The notes under the pieces are model-generated. The model did not search any database and was not told the DNA's origin. It saw only the letters and a program-made list of their open reading frames with translations. Below, piece after piece: positions 27,671 through 41,581 of a stretch of DNA of 64,000 nucleotides. Position 1 is the stretch's first letter; each line of letters opens with the position of its first letter. This DNA is from Eledone cirrhosa (lineage: Eukaryota), in NCBI GenBank assembly GCA_964016885.1, contig OZ024740.1, positions 305,660,001-305,724,000 of the forward strand, written 5' to 3'. The position numbers and the translations under genes are program-made.

Positions 27671-28208
27671 ATGTAGATATAACTGCAGTTTTTGAGAAAT
27701 AAACCGTGCTGTGAAAAGAATGAAGTGTAAACATACTTTCAACTTCCCGCTGTACACAGAAATACGGAAAATATCTTTGTGCATTTCAGAGATTATTGTC
27801 TTCCCATCAGAAGATAATTACTCCGATAATTCTAACGTTGATAGCATGGCTATTTATATCAAGCAGGGCATAGGACATAACTGAAATGATCAGTGTATGG
27901 CATGCATTTATCTTCTAATAAATGTTGCATTCTGCATAATCATTAATTAACTTATTATTTACGTTGCGAAACGAATGCATGCCATGCATCTAGAATAATT
28001 ATTTCAATTATGTTCTATAACTTGCTTGATAGAAATCGCAATGCTATCAAGATCTCTCTGACGAGGAGACACTTATCTCTGAAATGCATAAAGATAATCT
28101 CTTCTGTTTCTTTCTGTGTACAACGAGAATAGTGGAAAGTGTGTTTACACGCCCTTCTTTCCGCAGATAGGTTTCTATATATAAAAAATACTGTAGTTAT
28201 ATTTACAT
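27671..28208. mobile_element. Old ~540-bp fold-back (inverted pLTR-like pair) carrying HHRs
   Basis: Diverged inverted arms of ~240-270 bp, e.g. atgtagatataactgcagt / actgtagttatatttacat and ttgatagcat / atgctatcaa. Confidence 0.62.
28052..28095 (+). ncRNA. Minimal type I hammerhead motif (family E)
   Basis: atctct CTGACGA GGAGAcacttaTCTCT GAAA TGCA TA aagat, with palindromic ATGCAT stem III. A core-mutated inverted partner lies at 27773-27815. Confidence 0.65.
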
Positions 28209-28293
28209 TAAATTTATCTTGAATTTAATATATCTTGTGTTTTATATAAATATTTATTATTTAATATATATATATATATATATATGTACACAC

Positions 28294-28353
<60 letters not shown>

Positions 28354-28380
28354 GTATACATATATATATATATATATATA

Positions 28381-28420
<40 letters not shown>

Positions 28421-28518
28421 TATATATATATACATATATATATAGATACACACACACATATATATATATATATATACATATATATATTATTCATATATAT
28501 ATATATATATATGTATAA

Positions 28519-28589
<71 letters not shown>

Positions 28590-28852
28590 CAGAAGGGATA
28601 TTCAATTTGTTGGTAATTCAACAAATATAAATGTTTATAACTGATTCAGAGCACTCGACAGATTTTTCTGGAGTATAATATTCAATGATATTAAATAAAT
28701 GGAAACTATATTTCTAAAACCATATTTATTCAATTATATATATTTCAAGGGTACCAAAAACTTTGGTACACTTTCATCACATAAAATACAAAGTGTTTTA
28801 TAAATTTTGACATAACCAAGGAACATACCTTAACGGTTGAAGTTTTCCTTTG

Positions 28853-28913
28853 TATTTTATCTGATGAAAGCGTACCAAGTTTTTGGTACCCTTGAAATAT
28901 ATATAATAGAATA
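28853..28913 (+). ncRNA. Type I hammerhead motif (family C)
   Basis: TATTTTAT CTGATGA AAGcGTACCAA gttt TTGGTACcCTT GAAA TATATA TA ATAGAATA. The inverted partner at ~28726-28788 has its core mutated to GTGATGA. Confidence 0.78.
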
Positions 28914-28957
28914 AATATGGTTTTATAAATATAGTTTCCATTTATTTAATATCATTG

Positions 28958-28992
<35 letters not shown>

Positions 28993-29032
28993 GTGTTTGT
29001 ATAAATATATACATATATATATATATACACAC

Positions 29033-29101
<69 letters not shown>

Positions 29102-29120
29102 AATATATATATATACACAC

Positions 29121-29165
<45 letters not shown>

Positions 29166-29640
29166 TATCTATATCCAAAATTGAGATAAATCAAAATGAA
29201 TTTAATCTAAATCAAAATAATGGGTGTCATGCCAGAAAGACATGCGCCATATCACCCGCAAAATAAGCTCTAAAATTCTAACGAATAGGTCCGAGCATTT
29301 TATAATAACTAGAAATTGATTAACATATAAATAAACATGAATAATCACAGGAGATAATTTTTACAAGTGTGTAACCACACATAGCTAGGTAGGTAACTAA
29401 ATAAAGTTAACCAGAACTTCAAAAATAGATACCTTATAATATGATTAATCATATTATAAGGTATCTATTTATTAATCAACCACTAATTACAAAATCCAAT
29501 ATTCATGGCAAATACACGATTTTCAAGGTAGCACGTTCGCACTAGTATGAAAACACGAATGGACCTGTTATTTTTATCTAAAGACATTTTTTCCAATTCC
29601 ATCCGATCCGTCCCCTCAATCTATCTTATTTCTCATTCTT

Positions 29641-29676
29641 TCTTCTTATGAAGGACTAGCATCCGAAACGTTAAGA
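29641..29676 (+). ncRNA. Degenerate hammerhead (core CTTATGA)
   Basis: TCTT CTTATGA aGGActagcaTCC GAAACGTT AAGA. All stems are present but the core has a G-to-T change, so it is probably inactive. Confidence 0.55.
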
Positions 29677-29757
29677 CCCTCTTCCTGCTATATCAAGCGT
29701 TAACCTAATATACCCCTTCCGTATACTGTACCGATTGTGTTATTATTTCTGTTTACC

Positions 29758-29830
<73 letters not shown>

Positions 29831-29996
29831 CACATAAGCCTTATCAATAAAGGACTCTTTGACATCTGTAACAACTTCGCATTTTCCTTATTCTAAATAT
29901 ACTCCGTCATTATTCTCATTTGAAAGAAGCAACATGACGTTGAGTGCTTGAATTGAATTGCATTAATATTTACCGGAAGTACATATATATTATATA

Positions 29997-30046
<50 letters not shown>

Positions 30047-30276
30047 ACAGTTGATAGACTTTCGTCAAATCGGACCGAGGAAACAACGTTTCCGTTGGTC
30101 TTTCCAGTTGCTAATACTATCTATCGGTCGCAACTCCAGGTAGAAGGAGCAACGTGAAATAAAGTGTCTTGCTCAAGGACATAACGCATCGACTGGTCCA
30201 GGAATCGAACTGACAACCTCACGATTGCGAATCCAGTTCTCTAACCAATCAATCACATGCCTATATATATATATGT

Positions 30277-30357
<81 letters not shown>

Positions 30358-30694
30358 TGTCTGTGTGCATCAATATCTGCGTTATGAGTACACGTGGCTG
30401 TGGAATGCTCAGCCACTTACACTTTAATTTCACAAGTAGGTTGACCAGCTGATTAAACAACTGGGATACTCGGAGGTCCAATAACAACAACAGCATCAAC
30501 AACAAGAGTAATTGTAAATTTACCTCATCCCCACTATCTTTCACAAAACAGAAGTTGTGAATCCCTTTCTCCCAACTCTCAACGTTTCCACCTCAGTATA
30601 GATGTAACCCCCCCCCCATTCTTCTTTCTCGATATAGTACCCGTGGATCAGTCAATTTCCTTCTTTTTCTCAGTAGAGTAGTTGTGATTAGAGA

Positions 30695-31020
30695 CAGCGA
30701 ATTGACAGAGTCGTTAGAACGTCGGATAGAATGGTTTGCAGTATTTGTTGAAATCTCACCAAGGTCAACTTTACGTTCCATTATTTCGAGGTCGGTGAAT
30801 TGGCAGTATAGGTAAGGGTCGGACGCCATGCTTTCCAGAATAGTTACGTCCCTTTACGATCTGAGTTCAAATCCCGCCGAGGTTGACTTTGCCGTTCATC
30901 CTTACGGGGGTCGATAAAATAAAGTACCAGTAATGCACTGGGTAATTGCTGGCCTTGTGCCTAAAGTAGAAACAATTATTTCGAGGTCGATAAATAAAGT
31001 ACCAGTCTAGTAGTGGGTCA
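30695..31020 (+). mobile_element. Young SINE (30794-30977) nested in an older SINE
   Basis: TSD attatttcgaggtcg at 30780-30794 and 30975-30989 splits the central domain of an older copy. Confidence 0.82.
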
Positions 31021-32228
31021 ATTCTTCTTCTATATCTCTTTCCAATTATTTTCATTCTTACTCTTTTCTTCTCTAGAAGAAATTGGCAATGTTGAGACTT
31101 CGAGAGGGATGGGCTCTGCCAGGTTTAAACACGTCGTATATCATAACAACACCCCAGTGATTCTCTCATGAGTTAATAGCCCACAGATGACATGTCTGGA
31201 ACTGTGACTAACGTATCCTCCAACTTCTTCTCTCACAGTCCACTAGTGTGAATCTTTCTCCTTCCCATTTTCTTTTTGTCATCTCATAACAGTATCTGTG
31301 AATCAGTCTACACTCCACTCTGTCTCTTTCTTTCTCTGCAAAGTAACCGTGAATCTCTTTCTCTCCTACGTTTTTTAATCTTTCTCAGTGCAGTATAAAT
31401 GTGAATCTTTCTCTACCTTTCTCAGTACAGTAGTTATGAATCTCTCTCCATCACCAGCTTTCGGTCAATGCCCTAGATGTGAAAAGTCTTTCCTTTTCAA
31501 TATCTATTTCTCTCTCAGTATAGAAACTTGTAATTCCTCTCTCTCACAATTTCTTTCTTAGCATAGTAGCTGTAACTCTCTCTCTACCTTCCACTCATCA
31601 CTCAATACAGTATTAGTGAATCTCCGCCTTTTTTTTTTTTTACCACACTCTCATTACTACAGTAATCCACTTCCGTCCATTTTTGTGGGACCCTCTCTTT
31701 CTTACTCCCTCTCATTTTTATTCCGTACAAGAAGCCAAATATACCAAAATGTATTCTATCGTCTTAAATAAAATGGAAATACATTAGAGAATGTAGTATG
31801 TAGAGAATGTAACAGGAACGCTGTTAACCGTAGGTCTGTTCATGATACCTAGCCAGAGAACAAACAACGACAACAACCAGGAACACTACAACGATCACAA
31901 ACACTACAACCACCAAGAACATCATATCCACCTACCACATCACAACACGATTTGCAATACTTTGCATTACTACCTTACGCCATAACCAACAGCAAAACGA
32001 CTACCACTATCATCATCATTATGAGCCAAAGATGGAGCCCCTATGTGGTGTTTATCTGCTAGAAAATAACAGCTAAATCTCCCTCAAATTGTACCCTTCT
32101 CTCTTTAGATAAAAGTATGAGACATTGGATAATGTAGTCGTATATATATAGTTTGAATAAAACACAAAATGGTCGTGGCCAAAACGTCTTTAAAGATCTA
32201 CCCGCTGACTGCTGAACTGGGGATAAAT

Positions 32229-32419
32229 AATTGTTTCTACTTTTGGCACAAGGCCAGCAATTACCCCAGTGCATTACTGGTGCTTTATTTTATCGACACC
32301 ATAAGGATGAAAGGCAAAGTTAACTTCGGCGGGATTTGAACTCAGACTGTAAAGAGGCGTAAATCTGTGCTGCAAAGCATGGCGTCCGACCCTCTACCGA
32401 TACTGGCAATCCACTGACC
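32229..32419 (-). mobile_element. SINE (major family)
   Basis: Homology; near-TSD ctggggataaataat / ctgggaataaataat. Confidence 0.86.
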
Positions 32420-32629
32420 TGGGAATAAATAATACCAACTTATACCATTACCATCACTTTTCAAAACAACCCCGAACACATCTTACCCCCATTACTGAAA
32501 AATGAGGGACATATAAGATAAAGTAGAACTATATATACTGCTTGAATAAATGGTGGAATGATCTTGACTGTCATGGCTGAAAGGCTTTGGTCATTGGTTT
32601 GCTTAATCAGGGTTGACTCGAGGCTACCA

Positions 32630-33312
32630 TAATGATAACAATGACGACGGCGGCGACGATGACGACCACAGCGACGATGACAATGACGACGGCGGCGACG
32701 ATGACGATGACGATGACGATGACGTCGATGACCCCAGTGACGATGACTGCGGCGATGATGACGATGACGTCGATGACCACAGAGACGATGACTACGGTGA
32801 TGATGACGATGACCACGGTGATGATGACAATGACGATGACGGCGATGACCACGGTGACGATGACGGTGACGACAACGATGATGACCACGATGACGATGAA
32901 AGCGACGATGACGATGACGATGACGGCGATGACCACGCGTGACGATGACGCTGACGACAACGGTGATGACCACGATGACGATGAAAGCGACGATGACGAT
33001 GACGGCGATGACCATGCGTGACGATGACGGCGGCGACAACGGTGATGACCACGATGGCGATGACGGCGACGATGACGATGACGATGACGGCGATGACCAC
33101 GCGTGACGATGACGGCGACGACAACGATGATGACCACGATGGCGATGACGACTACAATGATAATTATGACGACAATGACAACGACGACGATGACGATGAC
33201 GACGACGATGACGATGACGATGACGATGACGACTACAGTGATAATGATGACGACGATGATGATGACGACTACAATAACAATAATAATGACGACGACGACG
33301 ACAACGACGACG
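32630..33312. repeat. (GAC/GAT) compound trinucleotide array
   Basis: Visible directly; recurring gcgatgaccacg subunits. Confidence 0.9.
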
Positions 33313-33444
33313 TGGAATAAAATGGCGGATCAGATGAAAAGGAAAAATAATTTGTTTGTATATATTTTTCGTTTTTCACTAAGTTTCTTTTTGTAAATAC
33401 AATTCATTCTCCCTTTCATCGATTTTCTTTCACTATTCCATTAA

Positions 33445-33509
<65 letters not shown>

Positions 33510-33512
33510 GTG

Positions 33513-33565
<53 letters not shown>

Positions 33566-33711
33566 ATATGTATGTATGTATGTATATATGTATGTATGTA
33601 TGTATGTATATATATATGTATGTATGTATATATATATGTATATATATATATACACACACATATATATATATATATATACATACATATATATATACATACA
33701 TACATACATAT

Positions 33712-33765
<54 letters not shown>

Positions 33766-33927
33766 ATATGTATGTATGTATGTATATATGTATGTATGTA
33801 TGTATATATATATGTATGTATGTATATATATATGTATATATATATATACACACACATATATATATATATATATACATACATATATATATACATACATACA
33901 TATATATATACATACATACATATATAT

Positions 33928-33988
<61 letters not shown>

Positions 33989-34076
33989 ATGTGTTTGTGC
34001 ATATTTGTGTACGTATATATATATATACGTACACAAATATGCACAAACGCACACACGTTCACACTAACACACACAT

Positions 34077-34124
<48 letters not shown>

Positions 34125-34337
34125 CACTTTTCTTTCGTTCTTATTGTTAATATATATATTGTTAATATATATATGTGTTTTGGTTTTACTGTATCGGCAA
34201 ATTTATTATTATTATTATTACTATTGTTATTATTATTATCGATTACATGTTATTGTCATCACCGTCATTTACGTTACCTTTTTATTATTATTATTATTAT
34301 TTTTTAATTTCTGTCCCTCCCCCTTTTTTTACCTTCT

Positions 34338-34391
<54 letters not shown>

Positions 34392-34662
34392 ATCTATCTA
34401 TCTATCTATCTATCTCTATCTTTCTCTCTCTTCTGTATCAATGGCCGCCAACTAAATGCACAGTGAATGATCGGAAGTTGTTCTTAACAAGCAAAATCTT
34501 TCGATAAAGATTGAACGTTACTTACGATTACATGAATACGTATGCGCATGCGTATGTTTGTACGCAATCCAAGTGAAGTCATGACCTGACATCTAAAATC
34601 TTGATTCTATTTTCCCTCACCACCAACACCAATACCGCCAGCACCACTACCAACAATACAAC

Positions 34663-34720
<58 letters not shown>

Positions 34721-34883
34721 GTCATCATCATCATCATCATCATCATCACTGTCTTCACAATAAACACTGTAGTCACAAACACCACCATTATTATCAATGT
34801 CACCACCACTATCGCCATAATCATCATCACTGTCATCATCATCATCATCACCACTATTATCAATGCTAGCACACTACCACCAC

Positions 34884-34924
<41 letters not shown>

Positions 34925-35060
34925 CAACAAACACCACCACTATTATCAATGTCAGCACCACTACCGCCATCATCATCACTATTATCAATGCTATCACCAC
35001 TGTCACCACCACCACCACCACCACCACCACCATCATCATCATAATCACAACAAACACCAC

Positions 35061-35464
35061 CGCCATGCTTTGCAGTGAAGAGTTACGGCCCTTTATGATC
35101 TGAGTTCAAATCCCGCCGAGGTTAACTTTGCCTTTCATCCTTACGGGGGGGGGGGTCGATAAAATAAAGTACCAGTAATACACTGGGATAATTGCTGGCC
35201 TTGTGCCAAACGTAGAAACAATTATTATCACTGCCACCACCACTACCACCATCATCATCACTGTCACCATCATAATCACTATTGGATTGGCAGTATCAGT
35301 AGAGGGTCGGACGCCATGTTTTGACGCATAGTTACGGCCCTTGCCATTCTGAGTTCAAATCCCGCCGAGGTTAACTTTGCCTTTCATCCTTACGGGGTCG
35401 ATAAAATAAAGTACCAGTAATGTACTGGGTAATTGCAGGCCTTGTGCCAAAAGTAGAAACAATT
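35061..35464 (+). mobile_element. Two SINEs (35061-35223, 35283-35464)
   Basis: Homology to 18710-18897. Confidence 0.85.
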
Positions 35465-35987
35465 ATCAATGTTAGCACACTACCATCATCATCACATAAA
35501 CACCACCACTACCACCAACACCACCACTACATCATCATCACCACTATTATCAATGTTAGCACACTACCATCATCATCACATAAACACCACCACTACCACC
35601 AACACCACCACTACATCATCATCACCACTATTATCAATGTTAGCACACTACCATCATCATCACATAAACACCACCACTACCACCAACACCACCACTACAT
35701 CATCATCACCACTATTATCAATGTTAGCACACTACCATCATCATCACATAAACACCACCACTACCACCAACACCACCACTACATCATCATCACCACTATT
35801 ATCAATGTTAGCACACTACCATCATCATCACATAAACACCACCACTACCACCAACACCACCACTACATCATCATCACCACTATTATCAATGTTAGCACAC
35901 TACCATCATCATCACATAAACACCACCACTACCACCAACACCACCACTACATCATCATCACCACTATTATCAATGTTAGCACACTAC

Positions 35988-35995
<8 letters not shown>
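35463..35995. repeat. 84-bp minisatellite, ~6.3 near-identical units
   Basis: Unit ttatcaatgttagcacactaccatcatcatcacataaacaccaccactaccaccaacaccaccactacatcatcatcaccacta. Confidence 0.93.
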
Positions 35996-36052
<57 letters not shown>

Positions 36053-36209
36053 CAACAAACACCACCACTACATCATCATCACCACTATTATCAATACTAG
36101 CACACTGCCATCATCATCACCATCATCACCACCATCATCATCACAACAAACACCACCACTATAATCAATGTTACCACCACTACTGCCATCATCGTCACTG
36201 TCACCTTCA

Positions 36210-36378
36210 GTGGATTGGCAGTATCGGTAGAGGGTCGAACGCCATGCTTTGACGCGTAGAGTTACGGCCCTTGCCATTCTGAGTTCAAATCCCGCCGAGG
36301 TTAACTTTGCCTTTCATCCTTACAGGGTCGATAAAATAAAGTACCAGTAATACACTGAGTAATTGCTGGCCTTGTGCC
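36210..36378 (+). mobile_element. SINE (major family)
   Basis: Homology to 18710-18897. Confidence 0.85.
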
Positions 36379-36499
36379 GTTATCTACTCTCACCACCACA
36401 ATAACTACATTTACATCTATCTAACTTTCACTGAGTATATAAAACTGTAAAATAAAACTGTAAAATAAAAACTTCCAAAAAATATATATACACATATTT

Positions 36500-36567
<68 letters not shown>

Positions 36568-37038
36568 TTTCTTTCTTTCTCTCTCTCTCTCTCTCTTACT
36601 CTCTCACACAAACACATAGACACAGACACACATATACACACACACGCATACACATACATACATATATTAAATTCTATACATATTTTGCCCTCGCCATGTA
36701 ATTTAACATAAGTTTTCTTTTGTTTTCGTCGTGTAAAATATTTTAGGACACTGTTTGACATCCTTAGTAGGCACCGTGACCCCAGACGTAGCAAAATCAC
36801 CGTTGGTAAAGCTCGCAGCTGCGTACGTCCATTTCGACGGCCGATGGCCGCTGAGGTTTCGAACTATTGTCAATTTTGCTATATGTTTATATACATGCAT
36901 GCCTCGTCCTGAAACTCATGAGGGAGTCGTAGGGACAAAGTTGAACTCGGAGGGATTTGAAGTCAGAGAGCAGAGAGCTGAAACGAATACCACAAAGCAT
37001 TCTATCCGACGTTCTAACAACTCTGCCAATTCGTCGCC

Positions 37039-37129
<91 letters not shown>

Positions 37130-37660
37130 TTTTTTTTTCAATGTGGTAGGGTCCGAAACGATCGTAAAACAATGATATGAATAGGTAGTATAACTTGACT
37201 TTGTTATTATTTTCATTATTAAATTAATATCTAATATTATATATATTTGGACAAGCTCCTTCTCTTTCACTTTTTCCTGTTATTAGAAAGTAAACATAGC
37301 TTTCGTCTTATTCTATTGGTTCTGGAATCTTCTATAAATGCATCAGGCAATGTCTAAATGTGTTGGGTCTATAAAATAATATATGGTTTAATAGTTCTTG
37401 AATCTAAATAAAAACTGCAAATGACCGAGTATTTAGTGTATTTGAGAACCCGCCGAAGAGACAGTAGTTCCTATTCTGACACACACATTGTTCACGACCA
37501 AGTCAATTAAGGTCTCAGAAGCTCTGTTGTAAGTTGGGGACTATAGGATGGTATAGTTCATCACTGTGAGCAGTGACAGCATTAAATAATCAAATTCTTT
37601 TTTTACAAAATATATACATCAATTTAGATTAAGAAAGAAAGTATACACACACCACATGCA

Positions 37661-37707
<47 letters not shown>

Positions 37708-38236
37708 TTTAATATAAAGCTAAGCGACGTTTGTTTTTACTTCAAGATTTACCCCTTTCGAACTATTGTTTAGAAGACTATGTTTCAAGATGAGTTAAAG
37801 CTACGAGCTGAATTGGTGACTTCTGGCAGATACTGATAACATTTAAAGATGGTTAAAGACATAAATATAGTAAAAACACATGCAGATAATGACAAACGAT
37901 TCAAAGTATTGTTTAAACTCTTAAAACCACGTGAAACATAAAGATAACGACTGCCTTTATGTAAACTCAATTTTATATTCATACGTAAAAATCCAACAAA
38001 TGGTAATGTTTTATAATGGATTTTGAATTATGATAAGAAAATATATTTTACAACATTAAACAACTTAAAGGAACAATTTGAATGAGAGAAATAAAGGATA
38101 ATAAAAAGGAAGATAATTTAAAGTTGTGTAGAGAATAATAATATCATAAACAAATACAGTAAGATAAACCACATACAGTAAGATAAAACAAATAATCATT
38201 GTAGTAATTTAAAATGTAGTGGTTTCTACATTATTA

Positions 38237-38420
38237 CAGACCTGCCAACCTCTAAACGTGGAGTACCCATGAAAAAAAGTACCCCAAAACAGGGAGAAAT
38301 GAGGCAAAATGATGAGATTTGACATAATGAAAGCTATACCCATTTTTACAAAAGAAGACATCTCTCACCCCAAAGTGGGTGGGAGATCTCCCCGTCCGAC
38401 GGGGAGAGTTGACAGGTCTG
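38237..38420. mobile_element. MITE, probably hAT
   Basis: TIRs CAGACCTGCCAAC / GTTGACAGGTCTG; no clean TSD. Confidence 0.55.
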
Positions 38421-38796
38421 TTAATTTGAGTAGAAAGAACAATAATCTATAGTATAGCAATTCTCCATCTGTCAAAAAATAAAAACAAAAAAACAAAAAC
38501 AAAAACCAAAAAAGAAGCAAATAAATAAGCAAACAAATAAACAAATAAATATAAAAACCCTGCGATCTGTCAAAAACGTTCTACAATTTCTATTTAGAAT
38601 TTAAGGAACACAATTAAAAGTAAGAAAAAAGGGGAGGCGTTAGATATTCTATGTATTCTAAATGTTCTAAAATGGTTTCATGCCAGAAATCAGCGTTTTC
38701 CTTTAGCGGTACTGACAATTTGTTAGGTTGTCTATTTGTCTCTCTTTCTGTTTTACACCCCTCTCTCTCTCTCTCTATATATATATATAAATATAT

Positions 38797-38980
38797 AACG
38801 AAGGAATTGTGGTAACGAACCAGATGGACCATAACGCACCAGAGTACTCAATAGTTAGGGTAGTAGAGTGGGTAATAGGAAAAAGTATGACCCCGACGGC
38901 AGAGCTCAAGCCGTTTCTGCGTCCAGAAATAGCCGTCGAAACGGCATGAGCTCTGCCGTCGGGGTCATACTTTTTCCTAT
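38797..38980 (-). mobile_element. Fold-back half-hammerhead element (family A)
   Basis: Same architecture as 43534-43729 in reverse orientation; arms taggaaaaagtatgaccccgacggcagagctca and its complement; in (TA)n. Confidence 0.68.
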
Positions 38981-39285
38981 ATATATATATATATATATGT
39001 GTATATATTCCTTGTCGTTTCAACAGCTATTTCCTTTGAAACTACATATGTAATATATGTATATGTGAAAAACAAAATATATATATGTGTGTGTGTGTAT
39101 ATATATATATATATTTGAAAAAAAGGAAAAGAATGACTTCACTTGTAGTTCTTAACAAATTGATTAAATTTTATATTATAATATTATAATATAAAATTTA
39201 ATCAATTTGTTAAGAACTACAAGTGAAGTCATTCTTTTCCTTTTTTTCAAATATACCTAACTGTACCAAGGATCTCACACATTTT

Positions 39286-39349
<64 letters not shown>

Positions 39350-39439
39350 ATTCACACACACACGCGCGCGCATACATATATGCATGTTGGACCTCCATGG
39401 TTGGACCTCCATGGTTGGACCTCCATGGTTTCCGACGAC

Positions 39440-39730
39440 GAGTGCTGCGGTTGATTCAATCAACGGAGCTGCCTGTTCGAGAAATTAACGAGTAAGTGGC
39501 TGAGCAGTCGTGAGACACGTGCACCCTGAATATAGTTGTCAGGTACATTGAACGTGACGCAATGTATAACAAGGCAGGACCTTTCAATTACAGGTACAAC
39601 TTATGTTTGCCACTTAAGAGAACTGTAGCAACGTGAAATAAAGTGTTTCGCTCAAGGACAAAACACGCCACTGAGGACTGAGTATGAGACTTTATGATCG
39701 TGGGCCAAACATCCCTAACCCACTATGTAC
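39440..39730 (-). mobile_element. Second tRNA-derived SINE family (CORE-like domain)
   Basis: Minus strand contains tgtccttgagcgaaacactttatttcacgttgct. Related pieces lie at 30135-30255 (B-box gttcgattc) and ~1935-2140. Confidence 0.6.
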
Positions 39731-39734
39731 ATAC

Positions 39735-39810
<76 letters not shown>

Positions 39811-39985
39811 TAGAGAGAGATAGAAAGATAGAGAGATAGAGAGATAGAGAGATAGAGAGAGATAGAAAGAGATAGAAAGAGAGAGAGATAGAGAGATAGA
39901 GAGATAGAGAGAGATAGAGAGATAGAGAGATAGAGAGATAGAGAGAGATAGAAAGATAGAGAGATAGAGAGATAGAGAGATAGAT

Positions 39986-40078
<93 letters not shown>

Positions 40079-40145
40079 AAGATAGAGAGATAGAGAGATA
40101 GAGAGAGATAGAAAGATAGAGAGATAGAGAGATAGAGACATAGAT

Positions 40146-40227
<82 letters not shown>

Positions 40228-40250
40228 TCTCGATGTCAATGTTGCAGCAT

Positions 40251-40632
40251 GTGAATTAGCAGTATCGGTAGAGGGTCGGACGCCATGCTTTGATGCAAAG
40301 AGTTACGGCCCTTTCCATTCTGAGTTCAAATCTCGCCGAGGTTAACTTTGCCTTTCATCCTTACGGGGTCGATAAAATAAAGTACCAGTAATACACTGGG
40401 TATTTGTAGAAATGTAGAAACAATTATTAGCTTATTACGGGCGGTAGTTTGGCAGTATAGGTAGAGCGTCAGACACTATGCTTTGCAGTATAGAGTTATG
40501 GCCCTTTACGGGCTGAGTTTCAAATCCCGCCGAGGTTAACTTTGCCTTTCATCCGTACGGGGGTCGATTAAATAAAGCACCAGTAATGCACTGGGATAAT
40601 TGCTGGCCTTGTGCCAAATGTAGAAACAATTA
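40251..40632 (+). mobile_element. Two tandem SINEs (40251-40425, 40438-40632)
   Basis: Homology; the sequence aattattagcttattac is repeated after each copy. Confidence 0.85.
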
Positions 40633-41078
40633 TTAGCTTATTACAATTGTTTCGATATCGATCAGCTCAGGGTACAATCAAGTTGACGGGGCCCGACTCT
40701 GTTTCGACATCTCGTCAGATATGCGAGCTTATATGTGCAAATACACATCTAAACTGTTTAGATGACATGTTTAGCAACGCTATACATGTATTATATCTAC
40801 TTTAAAATTTACCAAAAATCTTTAAATAGCTGTGTTCAAGCACAAATCTAGAAAGACAGACTGACAATAGAGTGACAGATGGTGTGTGGGTATGGAGGAT
40901 AGGAGTGTGTGCTTGTGAAACAGTTTTGTGTGTGTGTGTGTATGAATGTCTGTATTTAAGTGTATATTTATATCTGTATCTGTTTGTATGAGTATTTGCG
41001 TTTGTGTATGTAACCCGACTTTGTGCGTGCGTGTGTGAGTGGTTTAGGTGTGTGTAAATAAATTCATAAGTTTCTTAC

Positions 41079-41208
41079 CTTGTACAAAGGTGACAGGGAT
41101 ATTTTCTATCGCCTTGGTCAACACATCGTGTGTATTTAAGATGTTTGTCTCGATAATACTTATAGGCAAACACCTTTCCGCATCGGTCACACTGATATCC
41201 TTCACTGG
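41079..41208 (-). CDS. PRDM14: PRDM14 internal coding exon (first zinc finger and start of the next)
   Basis: Translates xSEGYQCDRCGKVFAYKYYRDKHLKYTRCVDQGDRKYPCHLCT(R), nearly identical to the vertebrate PRDM14 segment I recall (EGYRCERCGKVFTYKYYRDKHLKYTPCVDKGDRKFPC). Polypyrimidine tract and tttcAG acceptor at 41210-41209; donor AG|GTAAG at 41078 (phase 2). Confidence 0.93.
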
Positions 41209-41300
41209 CTGAAAGTGATGGGCAGAAAAAAAAATGAGATGAAAATGAAAAAAAAAACCAAAAAAAAAACCAAAACAAAACAGAATAGGGTCTCATAACA

Positions 41301-41417
<117 letters not shown>

Positions 41418-41424
41418 TATATAT

Positions 41425-41456
<32 letters not shown>

Positions 41457-41464
41457 ATATAGAT

Positions 41465-41517
41465 GAGATTCTACAGGACTAGAACTGTTTCATTCTTTAG
41501 AAATCATCAGGAATCCC
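41465..41517 (-). ncRNA. Type I hammerhead motif (family B, inverted arm)
   Basis: Minus strand GGGATTC CTGATGA tttctaaagaat GAAA CAG ttctagtc CTG TA GAATCTC; 7-bp stem I with one G-U pair. Confidence 0.8.
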
Positions 41518-41528
41518 TGAAAATTTCA

Positions 41529-41581
41529 GAGATTCCTGATGATTTCTAAAGAATGAAACAGTTCTAGTCCTGTAGAATCTC
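41529..41581 (+). ncRNA. Type I hammerhead motif (family B)
   Basis: GAGATTC CTGATGA tttctaaagaat GAAA CAG ttctagtc CTG TA GAATCTC; perfect 7-bp stem I. Confidence 0.82.

Noticed and set aside
33433-34455. YI/CV/HT-repeat ORFs here and throughout the window
   Set aside because: Translations of (TA)n, (CA)n and (TACA)n microsatellites.
35463-35995. Regular 84-bp repeat as a CRISPR array or His-rich coding repeat
   Set aside because: No unique spacers, eukaryotic context, built from CAT/CAC microsatellite; it is a minisatellite.
40695-40725. Minus-strand CTGACGA gatgtc GAAAC aga GTC hammerhead-like core
   Set aside because: Stem II is only 2 bp with a 2-nt loop and stem I does not pair.
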